Positions 20,061-29,987 of a stretch of DNA of 64,000 nucleotides are shown here, one piece after another. The DNA is from a virus (Duplodnaviria; Caudoviricetes): IMG/VR virus record IMGVR_UViG_2508501111_000003, positions 1-64,000 of that record. One strand, given 5' to 3'. A program made the translations under genes and the position numbers. Below the pieces are notes generated by a model. It was not told where the DNA came from. It saw only the letters and a list, made by a program, of their open reading frames with translations, and made no database searches. Numbering within the stretch: position 1 is the first letter of the stretch; the number at the start of each line of letters is the position of its first letter.

Positions 20061-20522
20061 TTATTGAAACGCTGCGCAATCATCACGATAGGTGTGCACC
20101 CATCGCAGCGGTGAAGGCTGACAGGTATTATCCATCGAGCATATGAGGCAGCAACGGAAGGGGGTGGCTTGACAATGGCCACATTCCCAGCAGGTATAAC
20201 CAGCGCATAATCGCAAGATTGATTGTTCCATGAGATACCCATGATGCCTGTTGCGCTCAACCATCCAAAGGATGTGTGATTGTTCATTCATCACCGTGGC
20301 TGTTTTGATACCGGGGTTGGCCACGACTATCGTATCGACCAGCGCAATTAAGTGTTCAACTGATTCACTAGAATCAGGAATATAGTAGGTTAATGTTTCG
20401 TTGTACCGATACTGAATACACGCATAGGGTTTCCTTACTTTTGCCGCATTCATCGCCGTGCGAACGGCATTGATGCTCCCATCAGAGAAATCGCCTGCGT
20501 TGGCAATATCAAACGTTTGCAT
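20061..20522 (-). CDS. Hypothetical protein with Cys-rich C-terminus
   Basis: CWECGHC...CCLIC; 153 aa. Confidence 0.5.
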   Translation of the reverse strand: MQTFDIANAGDFSDGSINAVRTAMNAAKVRKPYACIQYRYNETLTYYIPDSSESVEHLIALVDTIVVANPGIKTATVMNEQSHILWMVERNRHHGYLMEQSILRLCAGYTCWECGHCQATPFRCCLICSMDNTCQPSPLRWVHTYRDDCAAFQ

Positions 20523-20798
20523 ACGCGCCTTTCCGCCATCGATTGCGATTTGTCAACCGACCGATCATCATTGATCCCACGCGGGGATAGTGTGCATTCA
20601 GGAGTTCTTTTTTGATCGCCGTAGTGGAGTAAACATCATGATCGCCCATTCCTAGTATGCCGTGTTGGTACGTGATGAGCCGTGATGCTCCACCCACGCT
20701 ACGTTAAGATCTCCCAACGGGTCAAATGAGCACTATCGGCTCTACCACGGCGGAATCAGCGAAGAAGTGCCTGGACATGGAACGACAAATCTGTTGGA

Positions 20799-20990
20799 AT
20801 GTGATCACTGTCGGCGATTTTTCTGGTGCAATCAATAAACGCAGTTACACACTAGCAGAAACCTCAGTCAATTTAGTGACAGGCGAGGTGAGTGTTACGC
20901 CGGAAGCGCCAATTTAGCAGCTGGATCTGTGGTTGTCGCAGGGCTAAAAACCAAGGAGCACGTGAAAAATTCCCACGTGCTCCTTGGTTT
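20799..20990 (+). pseudogene. Orphan tail-gene 3' end plus terminator
   Basis: VITVGDFSGAINKRSYTLAETSVNLVTGEVSVTPEAPI*QLDLWLSQG*; 17-bp stem 20948-20990 followed by T-run. Confidence 0.9.
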
Positions 20991-21012
20991 TTTTGTGCTT
21001 CAATGCTGGGCA

Positions 21013-22008
21013 TCAAGCATGGGTTGAGGGTGGTATGGTATCGGGAGTCATCGTCTGCGGATGTTCCCGTAGATCTCGCCATACATCATGGAGTTTCCAC
21101 CCAGTACTCAGAAGAATTATGCTCCATGCTCCCGTCATCATCAGCCAGTGTGCATGGTGATACACGGGATAGGTTAGTGCAATTGATTGCTTAAGTGATA
21201 TCGGGGTTGTTTTATTCGATTTTCGCTCGTGATAGGTATCAAGTGGGACACTCGTCGTAACCGTAATTAAGATCAGGACAACCGCACTCACCCAGAGTGC
21301 TGGTAATGCGCACGAGCGTGCGATATTCCACCACACAAGAGCGCTCATCCCAAGAATAAAACAAAAGAAGACGCTCATGATCATAAACTGGATGTGCGTC
21401 CAGAACCCAGCTTCAATAAATGACGCATCCACATGGAGTTGTGCTAGGATTGTATCAAACCACGCAAAGACTACAATCCCCACTGCAATACGCGTTACTC
21501 CAAGGAGCCAGAGTATCCACGTCCATCGGTAAGCACGTGGTTGCTGATTGGGGTCATAGGTTCCAACCCCAAGATAGAGAACACTGGCGATCAGGATTGC
21601 GATGGCTCCACCGATCATCCACTCCGGACCATCAAGCGAACGATGATAGTGTTGTGCCCATGTATTGTCAGATGGCTGCGGGATGAGCGAGATATCGAGC
21701 ATTCCACGAAAACGCCCGATCGGACGGCGCGATGCAACACCAGTCAATACCAGCAATCCAGCAATCCCCGCAATAGACATCCACCCAAGTCGCCAACGCT
21801 GATGATAGGCAATGCCACTAAAGACCAGTAGCAGGAGAAAGAGGATGTGTTCACCAAAATACAGGAGGATGTTATGATCGTAATACGAGGTGGTGAGCGG
21901 AGCCATAAACTGTGTATACCGAATAAGGCCAACCTGCATACCAATAACCCCAATGACCCAGAGAAGGCCAGCACACCAACGGATAGCGATACGCCAAGAA
22001 GTAATCAT
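21013..22008 (-). CDS. Polytopic membrane protein (331 aa)
   Basis: About 8-9 hydrophobic segments; AAGGAGG SD before ATG 22008. Confidence 0.7.
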   Translation of the reverse strand: MITSWRIAIRWCAGLLWVIGVIGMQVGLIRYTQFMAPLTTSYYDHNILLYFGEHILFLLLLVFSGIAYHQRWRLGWMSIAGIAGLLVLTGVASRRPIGRFRGMLDISLIPQPSDNTWAQHYHRSLDGPEWMIGGAIAILIASVLYLGVGTYDPNQQPRAYRWTWILWLLGVTRIAVGIVVFAWFDTILAQLHVDASFIEAGFWTHIQFMIMSVFFCFILGMSALVWWNIARSCALPALWVSAVVLILITVTTSVPLDTYHERKSNKTTPISLKQSIALTYPVYHHAHWLMMTGAWSIILLSTGWKLHDVWRDLREHPQTMTPDTIPPSTHA

Positions 22009-22131
22009 ACACAACCTCCTTCGTGTAGTGAGTATAGAAAGCCACTCGCTGAATGTGAATGATAGGATTATGAAATATCGAGTTGCGGGGGAACAGATGG
22101 TAAGCACTAAGGATGAGTTGATTGTGGCATT

Positions 22132-22240
22132 GAAGCTGCTGCAAGTATGTGCGCTATAGAGCGCATAGTTGGGTGGAAGCCGCCGATCTGCATTGACAGT
22201 GCCAGTCGGCGGCTCTTGTGTGCCCTGAGCGTGCTATACT
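22132..22240 (+). other. Conserved structured non-coding element X (inverted partner 40828..40941)
   Basis: Shared AAGCTGCT..TGCGC-loop-GCGCA-AGTTGGGTGRAAGCCRCCGATC..TTGACAGTGCCARTCGGCGGCTCTTGT. Confidence 0.75.
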
Positions 22241-22286
22241 AGCAAACCGTTGCCGCGTGCTTGCACCAGCATTCGGTAATAACTAA

Positions 22287-22343
22287 CAAACAGGCCACCC
22301 CTGATCAGACTGTGCTATCAACTGATCAGATGTGGCCTGTTTG
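22287..22343. repeat. Hairpin family Y, copy 1 (loop CTGTGCTATCAA)
   Basis: CAAACAGGCCAC..CTGATCAG-loop-CTGATCAG..GTGGCCTGTTTG. Confidence 0.75.
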
Positions 22344-22434
22344 AGTAACAAAAGTCCATTATCTTGAAAGATAATGGACAAAAGAAAAACCCACGCCGTG
22401 TGGTGTGGGTTTTGTGATCCTCGCGAGAGGATGT

Positions 22435-22536
22435 GGTGAGGTGGCGGTTACGCCCGAAGCCCCGATTAAGCAACTCGACCTGTGGCTGGCACAAGCCTAA
22501 AAGAAACAAGAGCACGTGGAAAATTTCCACGTGCTC
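22435..22536 (+). pseudogene. Orphan tail-gene 3' end plus hairpin
   Basis: GEVAVTPEAPIKQLDLWLAQA*; GAGCACGTGGAAA-A-TTTCCACGTGCTC. Confidence 0.9.
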
Positions 22537-22986
22537 CCTCGCATAGCCACCAACCCAACCATACCTGTTCGCACCTTACCAATTGAACAGGTTCGCGATG
22601 AATTCCCAACGAGCGATAGCGGCTCCCCATGGGGCATCCACGGTACTAGCACCCATGCTGGTGTCGTTCGGCTGCGCAGGGTTGGTATACTTCCTGCTGC
22701 ATCTGAGGGAACACCGAAGGAGGCTTTGCATGGACGTAAGACACTAGCTCCGCGCACGAACGACACCGCCGCACGAAACCGGATACAAGAGTGCACGACT
22801 CTTGCAGTGTGAGACAACGACGGTCATCTGCTCGGGAGGGATAGTGCTTGTCTGGCAAAGGATGTCGTGCCCATCGATGCAGGCGACAATGGGCATCGTC
22901 ACCTCGATGGAACACGACCACCACAGGCACGGTTGATGAGCAGCCCCGCACCGAGGCAGGAGACCGTCCCACCCAAGGAGCGATTA

Positions 22987-23229
22987 ATGCCCCGAAATAC
23001 GTTTCCATACCGCTTTCAGCCCGTCCGCCGTGGTGATGTGATTTACCTTCCCAACGGCACGACCGTGCCGATGATCCATGGTGGGTTGGTGGTTGTGTTT
23101 GGTGACTGTGTGCTTGGCCCTTTTCGTTCCCGCCATATTGCCGAGATCGAGGCCAGTTACCATTCCCAAAAGTTGCTCTTGCCTGATGCCATTCCTGCCG
23201 TTGGTGGTAGGTTTGGTCTGATCAGCTAA
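22987..23229 (+). CDS. Small hypothetical protein (80 aa)
   Basis: AAGGAG SD; protein-like composition; followed by long hairpin. Confidence 0.5.
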   Translation: MPRNTFPYRFQPVRRGDVIYLPNGTTVPMIHGGLVVVFGDCVLGPFRSRHIAEIEASYHSQKLLLPDAIPAVGGRFGLIS

Positions 23230-23237
23230 CCCGTCCA

Positions 23238-23297
23238 TGTGGCATCGTCATACCCATCATACGTCATCACGGGATGGATGGGTATGACGATGCCACA
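23238..23297. repeat. Perfect 21-bp inverted repeat with 18-nt loop
   Basis: TGTGGCATCGTCATACCCATC / GATGGGTATGACGATGCCACA. Confidence 0.85.
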
Positions 23298-23358
23298 CTG
23301 ACCTCTTGGTGTCTGGCCTGCGCATCAAGCAAGGAAATAGTTGGTGAACCTTTACATC

Positions 23359-23408
23359 ACACCACGCCCCTGATCGAACTGTGCTGCAACCGATCAGGGA
23401 CGTGGTGT
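23359..23408 (+). terminator. Hairpin family Y, copy 2 (loop CTGTGCTGCAA) with T-run
   Basis: ACACCACG.CCCTGATCG-loop-CGATCAGGG.CGTGGTGT-TTTTTAG. Confidence 0.75.
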
Positions 23409-23673
23409 TTTTTAGCGCCTCAATTTATGGATTCACTGGGCGGAGCCGCCAACTGCTGATTAATGATATCCATCAAAATATGTCGATGGGCTTCAGTCGA
23501 TAAGATGCGACCCTGCAACGCCAACTGCGTCGAAGAGTTCGCCATTTGAGAGATCGTCAATGATTGCCTCGATCTGGGCCAGTGCTTCATGTTTCTGCAT
23601 GATGGACTCCTTCTATAGATTCTTAGTAAGAGCCACACGAACGCGATTTCTGGCATGAATGGGGAAATATCCG

Positions 23674-23730
23674 CTAAAACCACAAACGGCTCGCAAATCG
23701 GAGCCGCTTGTGGGAGTGAAGAGAGAGGAG
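23674..23730 (-). terminator. Third copy of the Replic_Relax-module end/terminator
   Basis: CTAAAACCACAAACGGCTC-loop-GAGCCGCTTGTGGGAGTGAAGAGAGAGGAG matches 26094 and 34013 ends. Confidence 0.8.
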
Positions 23731-23915
23731 GATATGAATTTCGATAGTCCTAGTATACCCATCAGTTCGTGCCATAACGAGGCCTATCAGTCCTTAACAT
23801 TCATGACACTGGTACTAGCATTGTCTAGTCTTTTTTTATGGGAGCCATCTATAGCATCATTGAATGCACACCTGCGAACTCATACACTGCTATTTTGTCG
23901 CATCGCAGCCATCCA

Positions 23916-24416
23916 TCAGTACTGCGATCCATCGTGATCAAGCGGAATTCCAGCCAAGACTGATATTAATAGTTGCTCCATATCGGCCATGTTCAGCCAA
24001 AAGAAGCCTAAATTTGATTGCGATCTGAGGACGGTAATAACAATATGACTATGAATTGGTCGAATGCTACAAAACCCCTCTGCCGTTCGGATCAAACTTT
24101 CTTCGGTATGCCCTAATCCAACGCTCTGTGCCACCTTATCAGCAATGCGTAACCATGGCCCACTAATCGCCGTAACCTGCATCACATTCAGATGATCGGG
24201 TAACGTTGACGCAAGCACATCACCAGCACTATTCATTAAAACAGACCCAAGAACCCCTGGCGTGACATGGGCTAATTGGGTAAAGAGTGTTTGGACAACA
24301 CTGGTATGATCAAATGTTGGGAGTGGAACAATATAGTCGGTAGAATCGCCCTTATCCGACGAGAGGGAACCACCTAACGCAGTCATAATTTGATGCAATG
24401 AGTTTGGTTGAGTCAT
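23916..24416 (-). CDS. Roadblock/LC7 (MglB-like) domain protein
   Basis: PGVLGSVLMNSAGDVLAST...LGHTEESLIRTAEG...SNLG pattern. Confidence 0.8.
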   Translation of the reverse strand: MTQPNSLHQIMTALGGSLSSDKGDSTDYIVPLPTFDHTSVVQTLFTQLAHVTPGVLGSVLMNSAGDVLASTLPDHLNVMQVTAISGPWLRIADKVAQSVGLGHTEESLIRTAEGFCSIRPIHSHIVITVLRSQSNLGFFWLNMADMEQLLISVLAGIPLDHDGSQY

Positions 24417-24657
24417 AGCAGAACATCCTTGTTGCTACCGAGCAATTGCCGTATCCATTCGCGTGGTGATGGTAATCCTAGGAACTGCAACTAACGAACA
24501 ACCTTACGCACATTTGAGGAATCCAATAAGTACCTATATTAATATATACACGTCTCTATAAAACTATCTCTTGCCTCATTGAATCCATATCTTTCTAACC
24601 GAATCCTAGCCAGAATGGTTGTGCGAAGTCATATAATCACCTTTATTTGGAGGATGT

Positions 24658-26064
24658 ATGCCCTACACACGGCGCGATATCCTGAAACTTGCGGCACTCG
24701 TTAGCCTTAGTCCATGGCTGCCTGCTTGTACACCCAATGATCCGAATACACCAACCATCAAGCCAACCACTACATCGAATAGCCCAGTAACGAGTGACAG
24801 CACCCCACAGGTCATCGTAATTGGAGCGGGAATTGCTGGATTAGCCGCTGCCGCCAAACTCCAAGCAAACGGCTATCGCGTCCAGATCATCGAAGGGCGC
24901 GATCGGATCGGCGGGCGCATTTGGACAAGCCGCACCTGGAACGATATGCCTGTCGATTTAGGGGCTTCGTGGATTCATGGAGTCACACAGAATCCCCTCA
25001 CCGATCTGGCAGATACTGCTAGGATTGAGCGAACACCCACCGATTATGAAAATAGTCTGGTCTATACCATGGAGGGTGATGAACTCGACGATGCCGCTGT
25101 GGAACAGCTTGAGGAGCAGTTGGTCACACTGCTGGATGCTGTGGCTGAGTTGGTTGAAGATACCGATGATATGTCACTCGCAGCGGCGATGCAGCAGGTT
25201 CTCGTTGAACAAGCTGAATCAATCGATCAACCACGCTTGAATTTCAGCATCAATAGCACGATTGAACATGAGTATGCTGCCGATGTCGAGGAATTATCAG
25301 CCCAGTATTGGGACAACGATGGGGAAGTTGTTGGGGGTGATGTGATCTTTCTTGATGGGTATGATCAAATCCTTGATCAACTCACGGCGGGCCTCACGAT
25401 CCACACTGGGCAACCCGTTAACGCAATCAATTACACTGCTGAATCAATCACGATCACAACCGATACCACTACGTTTGAAGCGGAGCACGTCATTATCACC
25501 GTTCCGCTCGGTGTGCTCAAACAGGGCCGTATTCAGTTCACTCCACCGCTCGATACCATAAAAACCGATGCGATCACCTTGCTCAGATCAGGGCTGCTCA
25601 ACAAGACATGGCTGCGCTTTGCAAGCGCGTTCTGGCCCAAGGAACCGGAGATCATTAACTATATTGATGAACAAAAAGGCCGTTGGGCCGAATTCCTCAA
25701 CATCTATCACTATACCGATAAACCGATCTTGCTCGGCTTTAATGCTGGTTCGTATGCTCGTATGCTTGAATCACGCAGCGATGCGGAGATTATTGCCGAT
25801 GGGATGCAAGTCCTGCGAACGATCTATGGGCAGGAAATTCCTGATCCTGAGGCGTGGCAAATCACCCGCTGGGGCGCTGACCCCTATGCATTTGGTTCAT
25901 ACTCCTTTTTGGTCGTTGGCGCAACCGATGCCCTGCGTGATGACCTTGCACAACCGATTGCTGGACGATTGTTCTTCGCGGGAGAAGCAACAGAACGCAC
26001 CTATCCCTTCCATGGAGCCTACCTCAGTGGATTGCGTGCCGCCGATGAGGTGATGCAGGCATAG
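24658..26064 (+). CDS. Flavin amine oxidase family protein, Tat lipoprotein
   Basis: TRRDILK + LPAC lipobox; IGAGIAG, EGRDRIGGRI, GASWIHG, FAGEAT, HGAYLSG. Confidence 0.92.
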   Translation: MPYTRRDILKLAALVSLSPWLPACTPNDPNTPTIKPTTTSNSPVTSDSTPQVIVIGAGIAGLAAAAKLQANGYRVQIIEGRDRIGGRIWTSRTWNDMPVDLGASWIHGVTQNPLTDLADTARIERTPTDYENSLVYTMEGDELDDAAVEQLEEQLVTLLDAVAELVEDTDDMSLAAAMQQVLVEQAESIDQPRLNFSINSTIEHEYAADVEELSAQYWDNDGEVVGGDVIFLDGYDQILDQLTAGLTIHTGQPVNAINYTAESITITTDTTTFEAEHVIITVPLGVLKQGRIQFTPPLDTIKTDAITLLRSGLLNKTWLRFASAFWPKEPEIINYIDEQKGRWAEFLNIYHYTDKPILLGFNAGSYARMLESRSDAEIIADGMQVLRTIYGQEIPDPEAWQITRWGADPYAFGSYSFLVVGATDALRDDLAQPIAGRLFFAGEATERTYPFHGAYLSGLRAADEVMQA

Positions 26065-26199
26065 ATTGAACTCCAATGATTAACGTTCACAGCCTAAAAC
26101 CACAAACGACCCGCTGGGGTCGCTTGTGGGAGAGAAGAGAGAGGAGAAGGTTTGACTTCAGTATACCAGAAGATGTGGGTTATCACTATTAGAATGTTA

Positions 26200-26673
26200 T
26201 TAATGCGCTCCACCCTCAGCATCGGTTGATGGTTGGGGATTGCCTGCTTGGAGCGATTTCCAACGTGTATAGTTCCCTTGAAAGGTATCTTGGCACATTG
26301 GTGCAGCCTCAAGTCCCCAAAGCAGATGTCGAATCGTTTCGGCGCGATCGCGCGTTTTATACATAATTCGTGCGTGGGGCCATGGCGCAGTTGCTGGCTC
26401 CGCCCATGCTTCAACTGTATACGCCCCTTGCCAACCAATAATACAGACTGACTCTTGATCGGGGTATGCTTCACGACGAAACGTTAAGTACATCATGCTT
26501 CTTCCAACAAGTAATGGCGTTGGATAGGGGATGACCACGAGATCGGCAAGCAGATCAAGATACATTATATAGACAGCTCGATAGGGATCATCCGGTTCGG
26601 ACGTGCTTATTGAGAATGTTAATTCTTCTGTCACTGTGCGGTTTTTGGTATTTCGATATTGATGGAGTTCCAT
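26200..26673 (-). CDS. Hypothetical partner of Replic_Relax protein
   Basis: Paralogue of 33433..33873. Confidence 0.75.
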   Translation of the reverse strand: MELHQYRNTKNRTVTEELTFSISTSEPDDPYRAVYIMYLDLLADLVVIPYPTPLLVGRSMMYLTFRREAYPDQESVCIIGWQGAYTVEAWAEPATAPWPHARIMYKTRDRAETIRHLLWGLEAAPMCQDTFQGNYTRWKSLQAGNPQPSTDAEGGAH

Positions 26674-26772
26674 CGATGCTCCTCGCTCCTATTCAGACTA
26701 TTGGCAATCAAAAGTATAGCAGCATGATGTATTGGTGGATAGCATGTCTGGTAGCTGCAGTTGCTCCATTCC

Positions 26773-27711
26773 TTATGCGATGATCTTCTCAAACCACGCT
26801 GCCCGTAAAAAGCGATGCGGCTGCTGCATGCGTTGGCCTTGCTTGGTGTACTGGGCTGTCCAGATCGGCGTGAGAATACCCGACTCACGCACCTCGTCGA
26901 TCGTCGTAATCAGCAATTGACTGCCAGGCCAGCCGATTTCCCACGCATCGAGCACCGCCCGTTTGCGGCGTTCGCTCGGCACGGTAAAGGCAATCAGCGG
27001 CCAGTTGTAGCGCCCTTCCCAATACTTCGAGCGATACAACTCCCCATACGAATGCGCCTTCCCCGTGATAATACTCAATTCCTCAGTTCCGCGATCAATT
27101 TCAATCGCATAGAGTTGATCAATTTGCTTTGATTGTTGACCAATCCCCAGCCACGGATAGAGTGACGAGCGCTCACAGTCGGGCTGCGTTGCATCGGCCC
27201 AGCGGCGCACCACGACGATGCCATCGGCGCGTGGCCGTGCGGTTGGGCCTAAGTCCATCTCAATATAACTACTCATTCCCACAATGCCAGGCACATACGG
27301 CAAGGACTGAATCAAGCTAGTGATGACCTCGGCATATTCAATCTGGTGTTCAGCTTGATGCTGGAGATTGACCATGGTGGGAGCCAGCCGCTCACTGCCT
27401 TCTTCGAGCATCGGAAATGCCTGTTTGACGATCTCCCAGCCGAGCGGCGTGAGACTATACAAACGGCCATGGCGTGTCCAGCCCAGCGCACCACGCGGGT
27501 CATAGCCATGCGATTGAAAGTGTTCGCAATAGGTGAGCAGCTTGGCATCGACGAGCTTGGACAACGTGCGATTAACCGTCTGAATCGTCACGGTAAACGG
27601 ATGACCCCACGCGGTACGCAGGTGGCGAGACAGCAAACGCCCAAGCCGAGCAACGAGCAACAGGATGTGCAACTCGATGGGATTGAGGCCAATAGCGAGC
27701 GATGAAGCCAT
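26773..27711 (-). CDS. Replication-relaxation (Replic_Relax-like) protein
   Basis: N-terminal wHTH (LLLVARLGRLLSRHL), HQIEYAEV, RPRADG, AIEIDRGTE; start 27711 by SD GAGGAGG and paralogue. Confidence 0.8.
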   Translation of the reverse strand: MASSLAIGLNPIELHILLLVARLGRLLSRHLRTAWGHPFTVTIQTVNRTLSKLVDAKLLTYCEHFQSHGYDPRGALGWTRHGRLYSLTPLGWEIVKQAFPMLEEGSERLAPTMVNLQHQAEHQIEYAEVITSLIQSLPYVPGIVGMSSYIEMDLGPTARPRADGIVVVRRWADATQPDCERSSLYPWLGIGQQSKQIDQLYAIEIDRGTEELSIITGKAHSYGELYRSKYWEGRYNWPLIAFTVPSERRKRAVLDAWEIGWPGSQLLITTIDEVRESGILTPIWTAQYTKQGQRMQQPHRFLRAAWFEKIIA

Positions 27712-27959
27712 GAACAACCTCCTCAGGATGAAAATGGTGGCTATCCAGCCTGTTAAAGAATGTCGGCACGACCAAACGGCCAGTTTAGGCCATTCTGATG
27801 GGCTATTCTTTTTTTGGCGGTTTGTGGGTGATAGGAATGCGCTCTGAATGCAGAATGAACACGGTTTGAACACTGAGAACCGAGAATAACCAAATGACCG
27901 TATTCGCCCCTCCCCGATAAACAGCCGCGTCTCTGTTGTGAGGTGCGGCTGATCTTCAC

Positions 27960-28226
27960 TTAATGATGGCCGATAGATGTTTGTTCGCGGCGGTAGCTGT
28001 GGTAGAGCAGCAGCATGCATAGTTTCAATTGCTCGTGGTGATACTGCTCCTGCATGCGCTGGGTTCGTTTTAAGTACCGACGCTTCATCATGCGGATATT
28101 GATGGGCTGGCGTTTGATGGCGGGTGTGGATCGCGTGGGCATGACAAGCGGTTTCTGGCGACTGGTGATCACGATGACCGAAGCAACAATAGCTACCAGC
28201 GTAATAACAATGATCAGTCCTTGCAT
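27960..28226 (-). CDS. Small single-TM basic protein
   Basis: MQGLIIVITLVAIVASVIVITSRQK; overlaps upstream stop. Confidence 0.55.
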   Translation of the reverse strand: MQGLIIVITLVAIVASVIVITSRQKPLVMPTRSTPAIKRQPINIRMMKRRYLKRTQRMQEQYHHEQLKLCMLLLYHSYRREQTSIGHH

Positions 28227-28834
28227 GAGGCAGCCGTCCCTTTCAGCACATCGCGCACCCCACGCACAAATTGGCGAATCATTGGCTCGGCACTCAAGGC
28301 CACCAGCGCGGCCAGCAATCCGCTCACGAGCGCAAACCACCAGCGATACCCAAACACATCATTCAACACTGTTTGGATATACCAGCCGGTTGCCGTGGCA
28401 TCGAGTGAACTAACGATCACGGCACAGGTCAATCGCATGCGATCGACGTGCACGAAAAAGTAGGGTACTTGCTGATACCAGCGTAGCTCGTTTGGCACAT
28501 TTACCCCGCGCCAGAGATGTTGGCCAACAAATGAAACCACCACATGACTCAAGCATCCGATCACAAACCAATCGAGCACTCCAGCATGGACCCATATGCC
28601 GTGGTATTGAAGCCAAAGACCACCGAGCACGACGGCGCTCGCCGTGGCAATCCCATTGGCAATCCATAAGACCACCCAAATCAACAGCATGCTCGCCTCC
28701 GCAATTAAACGGCTGCGGTTTACGAACTGCCAGCGGGTTTTCACCGTCGCGTTTTGGGGCAAGCCTCGCGCAACCAACACACGGTTGCGATGGTGCATAT
28801 AGCCAAGTGGGCTTCGGGTTTTAAGACTCATCAT
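28214..28834 (-). CDS. Multi-TM membrane protein (206 aa)
   Basis: Four hydrophobic segments; AGGAG SD. Confidence 0.7.
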   Translation of the reverse strand: MMSLKTRSPLGYMHHRNRVLVARGLPQNATVKTRWQFVNRSRLIAEASMLLIWVVLWIANGIATASAVVLGGLWLQYHGIWVHAGVLDWFVIGCLSHVVVSFVGQHLWRGVNVPNELRWYQQVPYFFVHVDRMRLTCAVIVSSLDATATGWYIQTVLNDVFGYRWWFALVSGLLAALVALSAEPMIRQFVRGVRDVLKGTAASCKD

Positions 28835-28897
28835 TGCTCCTAAAACAGCGAAACCACATCACTCCGATGTGGTTTCGCGCAATATGCCAAGCTTTCG

Positions 28898-29776
28898 TTA
28901 GTTGATTGCGTTGGCATTCTCCCAAATAATTTCGTAGCCGCTTTCGCCAGCTTCGACCATCGCATACCGCTGCAAGGTATCAAAGGCTTTCGTGCCACTG
29001 GAGGTTGACGTAAAACCAAGCAAGCGGCGAAGGTCTTGTTTGGTTTTGAACTCGGTAATGTTCTTTTCGTAGAGAACTTTCAGGATTGCGTGAATATCAT
29101 CAGCACTGATCGCACTCTTGCCATTGGTGGTGCGCAGAGCGGCTGATTCATCTGGTTCAGGCAACATTGCGATGGTTTCGTTGTGGCTTTCTGATGGCTC
29201 AAAACGCTCCTGCATGGCCGTTTGTCGTTGCTGTTTGCGTTGGGCTTCGAGGCGCTTGCGCTCGTTCTCAGCATCAACGCGCTCAAGGTGTTTAATATAG
29301 TCGATGGTTTGGCGCAGGCGATTCGGGGCGGTTGCGCTGGCATAGATGATCAGGGCAACGAAAGAACCAAATGTGCCCGCAATCAGATAGCCAAAGAAGC
29401 CCATGCTTGGCGGCATGTGGATGATCAAGGATGCGGTATTGAAGGTAACTTCCACGGCCAACGCAATGATGAACGCAAGCCAGTTCCAAAAGCCAATGGG
29501 TTGTTTATGCTTGAGTTGAATGCCGATGTAAGCGCTCAACCACATCAAGGCCAAGTCAATGCCCAGCACCATGGCCATGGTTGCGCAGGCCACGATAAAC
29601 CACGCGAAACCAACTAAACCATGGGTGAACGCAAGCATGGTGAATGCCATATGCACAAACGAAACCGCAATGAACATGTTGTTGAGTCTACGAAAGTTGG
29701 TGATTAAATTCTGAATATCATTGTGTTCATCAGGTGGTGGTTTTTCATACTCAATCGCGCCTCGGAATTTTGTCAT
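28898..29776 (-). CDS. 4-TM + coiled-coil + C-terminal HTH-like protein (DUF2637/Spd-like architecture)
   Basis: TM block, ENERKRLEAQRKQQRQ, KQDLRRLLGF...; start 29776 after AGGAG. Confidence 0.6.
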   Translation of the reverse strand: MTKFRGAIEYEKPPPDEHNDIQNLITNFRRLNNMFIAVSFVHMAFTMLAFTHGLVGFAWFIVACATMAMVLGIDLALMWLSAYIGIQLKHKQPIGFWNWLAFIIALAVEVTFNTASLIIHMPPSMGFFGYLIAGTFGSFVALIIYASATAPNRLRQTIDYIKHLERVDAENERKRLEAQRKQQRQTAMQERFEPSESHNETIAMLPEPDESAALRTTNGKSAISADDIHAILKVLYEKNITEFKTKQDLRRLLGFTSTSSGTKAFDTLQRYAMVEAGESGYEIIWENANAIN

Positions 29777-29987
29777 AGACTGGTTGCTCCTGAAGCCTAA
29801 AACGAAAAACACCGCCATTGCTGACGATGTTTTTCTCACGCTTATTCGGTTTCAACCAGAACGTGTCGTTGGAGCGGGAGACGAGCCTGTCAACGGCTTA
29901 ATTCATCATACGATCATCTGTGAACGCTAGGATATTCGGCGAACAACACCACCGCAATGGGTGGTGTTGTTTGGTTTAGGAGCACCA

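Larger units (their letters stand above)
26094..27871 (-). repeat. Left arm of 1.78-kb inverted repeat (partner 32234..34013)
   Basis: Ends match: CTAAAACCACAAACGACCC and TTCATTCTGCATTCAGAGC; same two ORFs. Confidence 0.92.

Noticed and set aside
22193-22240. TTGACA in element X paired with TATACT as one promoter
   Set aside because: Spacing is 36 nt, far from 16-18.
17935-22536. Tail 3' copies as template/variable repeats of a diversity-generating retroelement
   Set aside because: Differences are mostly synonymous and not adenine-specific, and no reverse transcriptase is present.
22287-23408. Hairpins as integron attC sites
   Set aside because: No RYYYAAC/GTTRRRY ends and no integron integrase.
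27712-28020. Long N-terminal extension of the left Replic_Relax ORF
   Set aside because: The paralogue and SD place the start at 27711.
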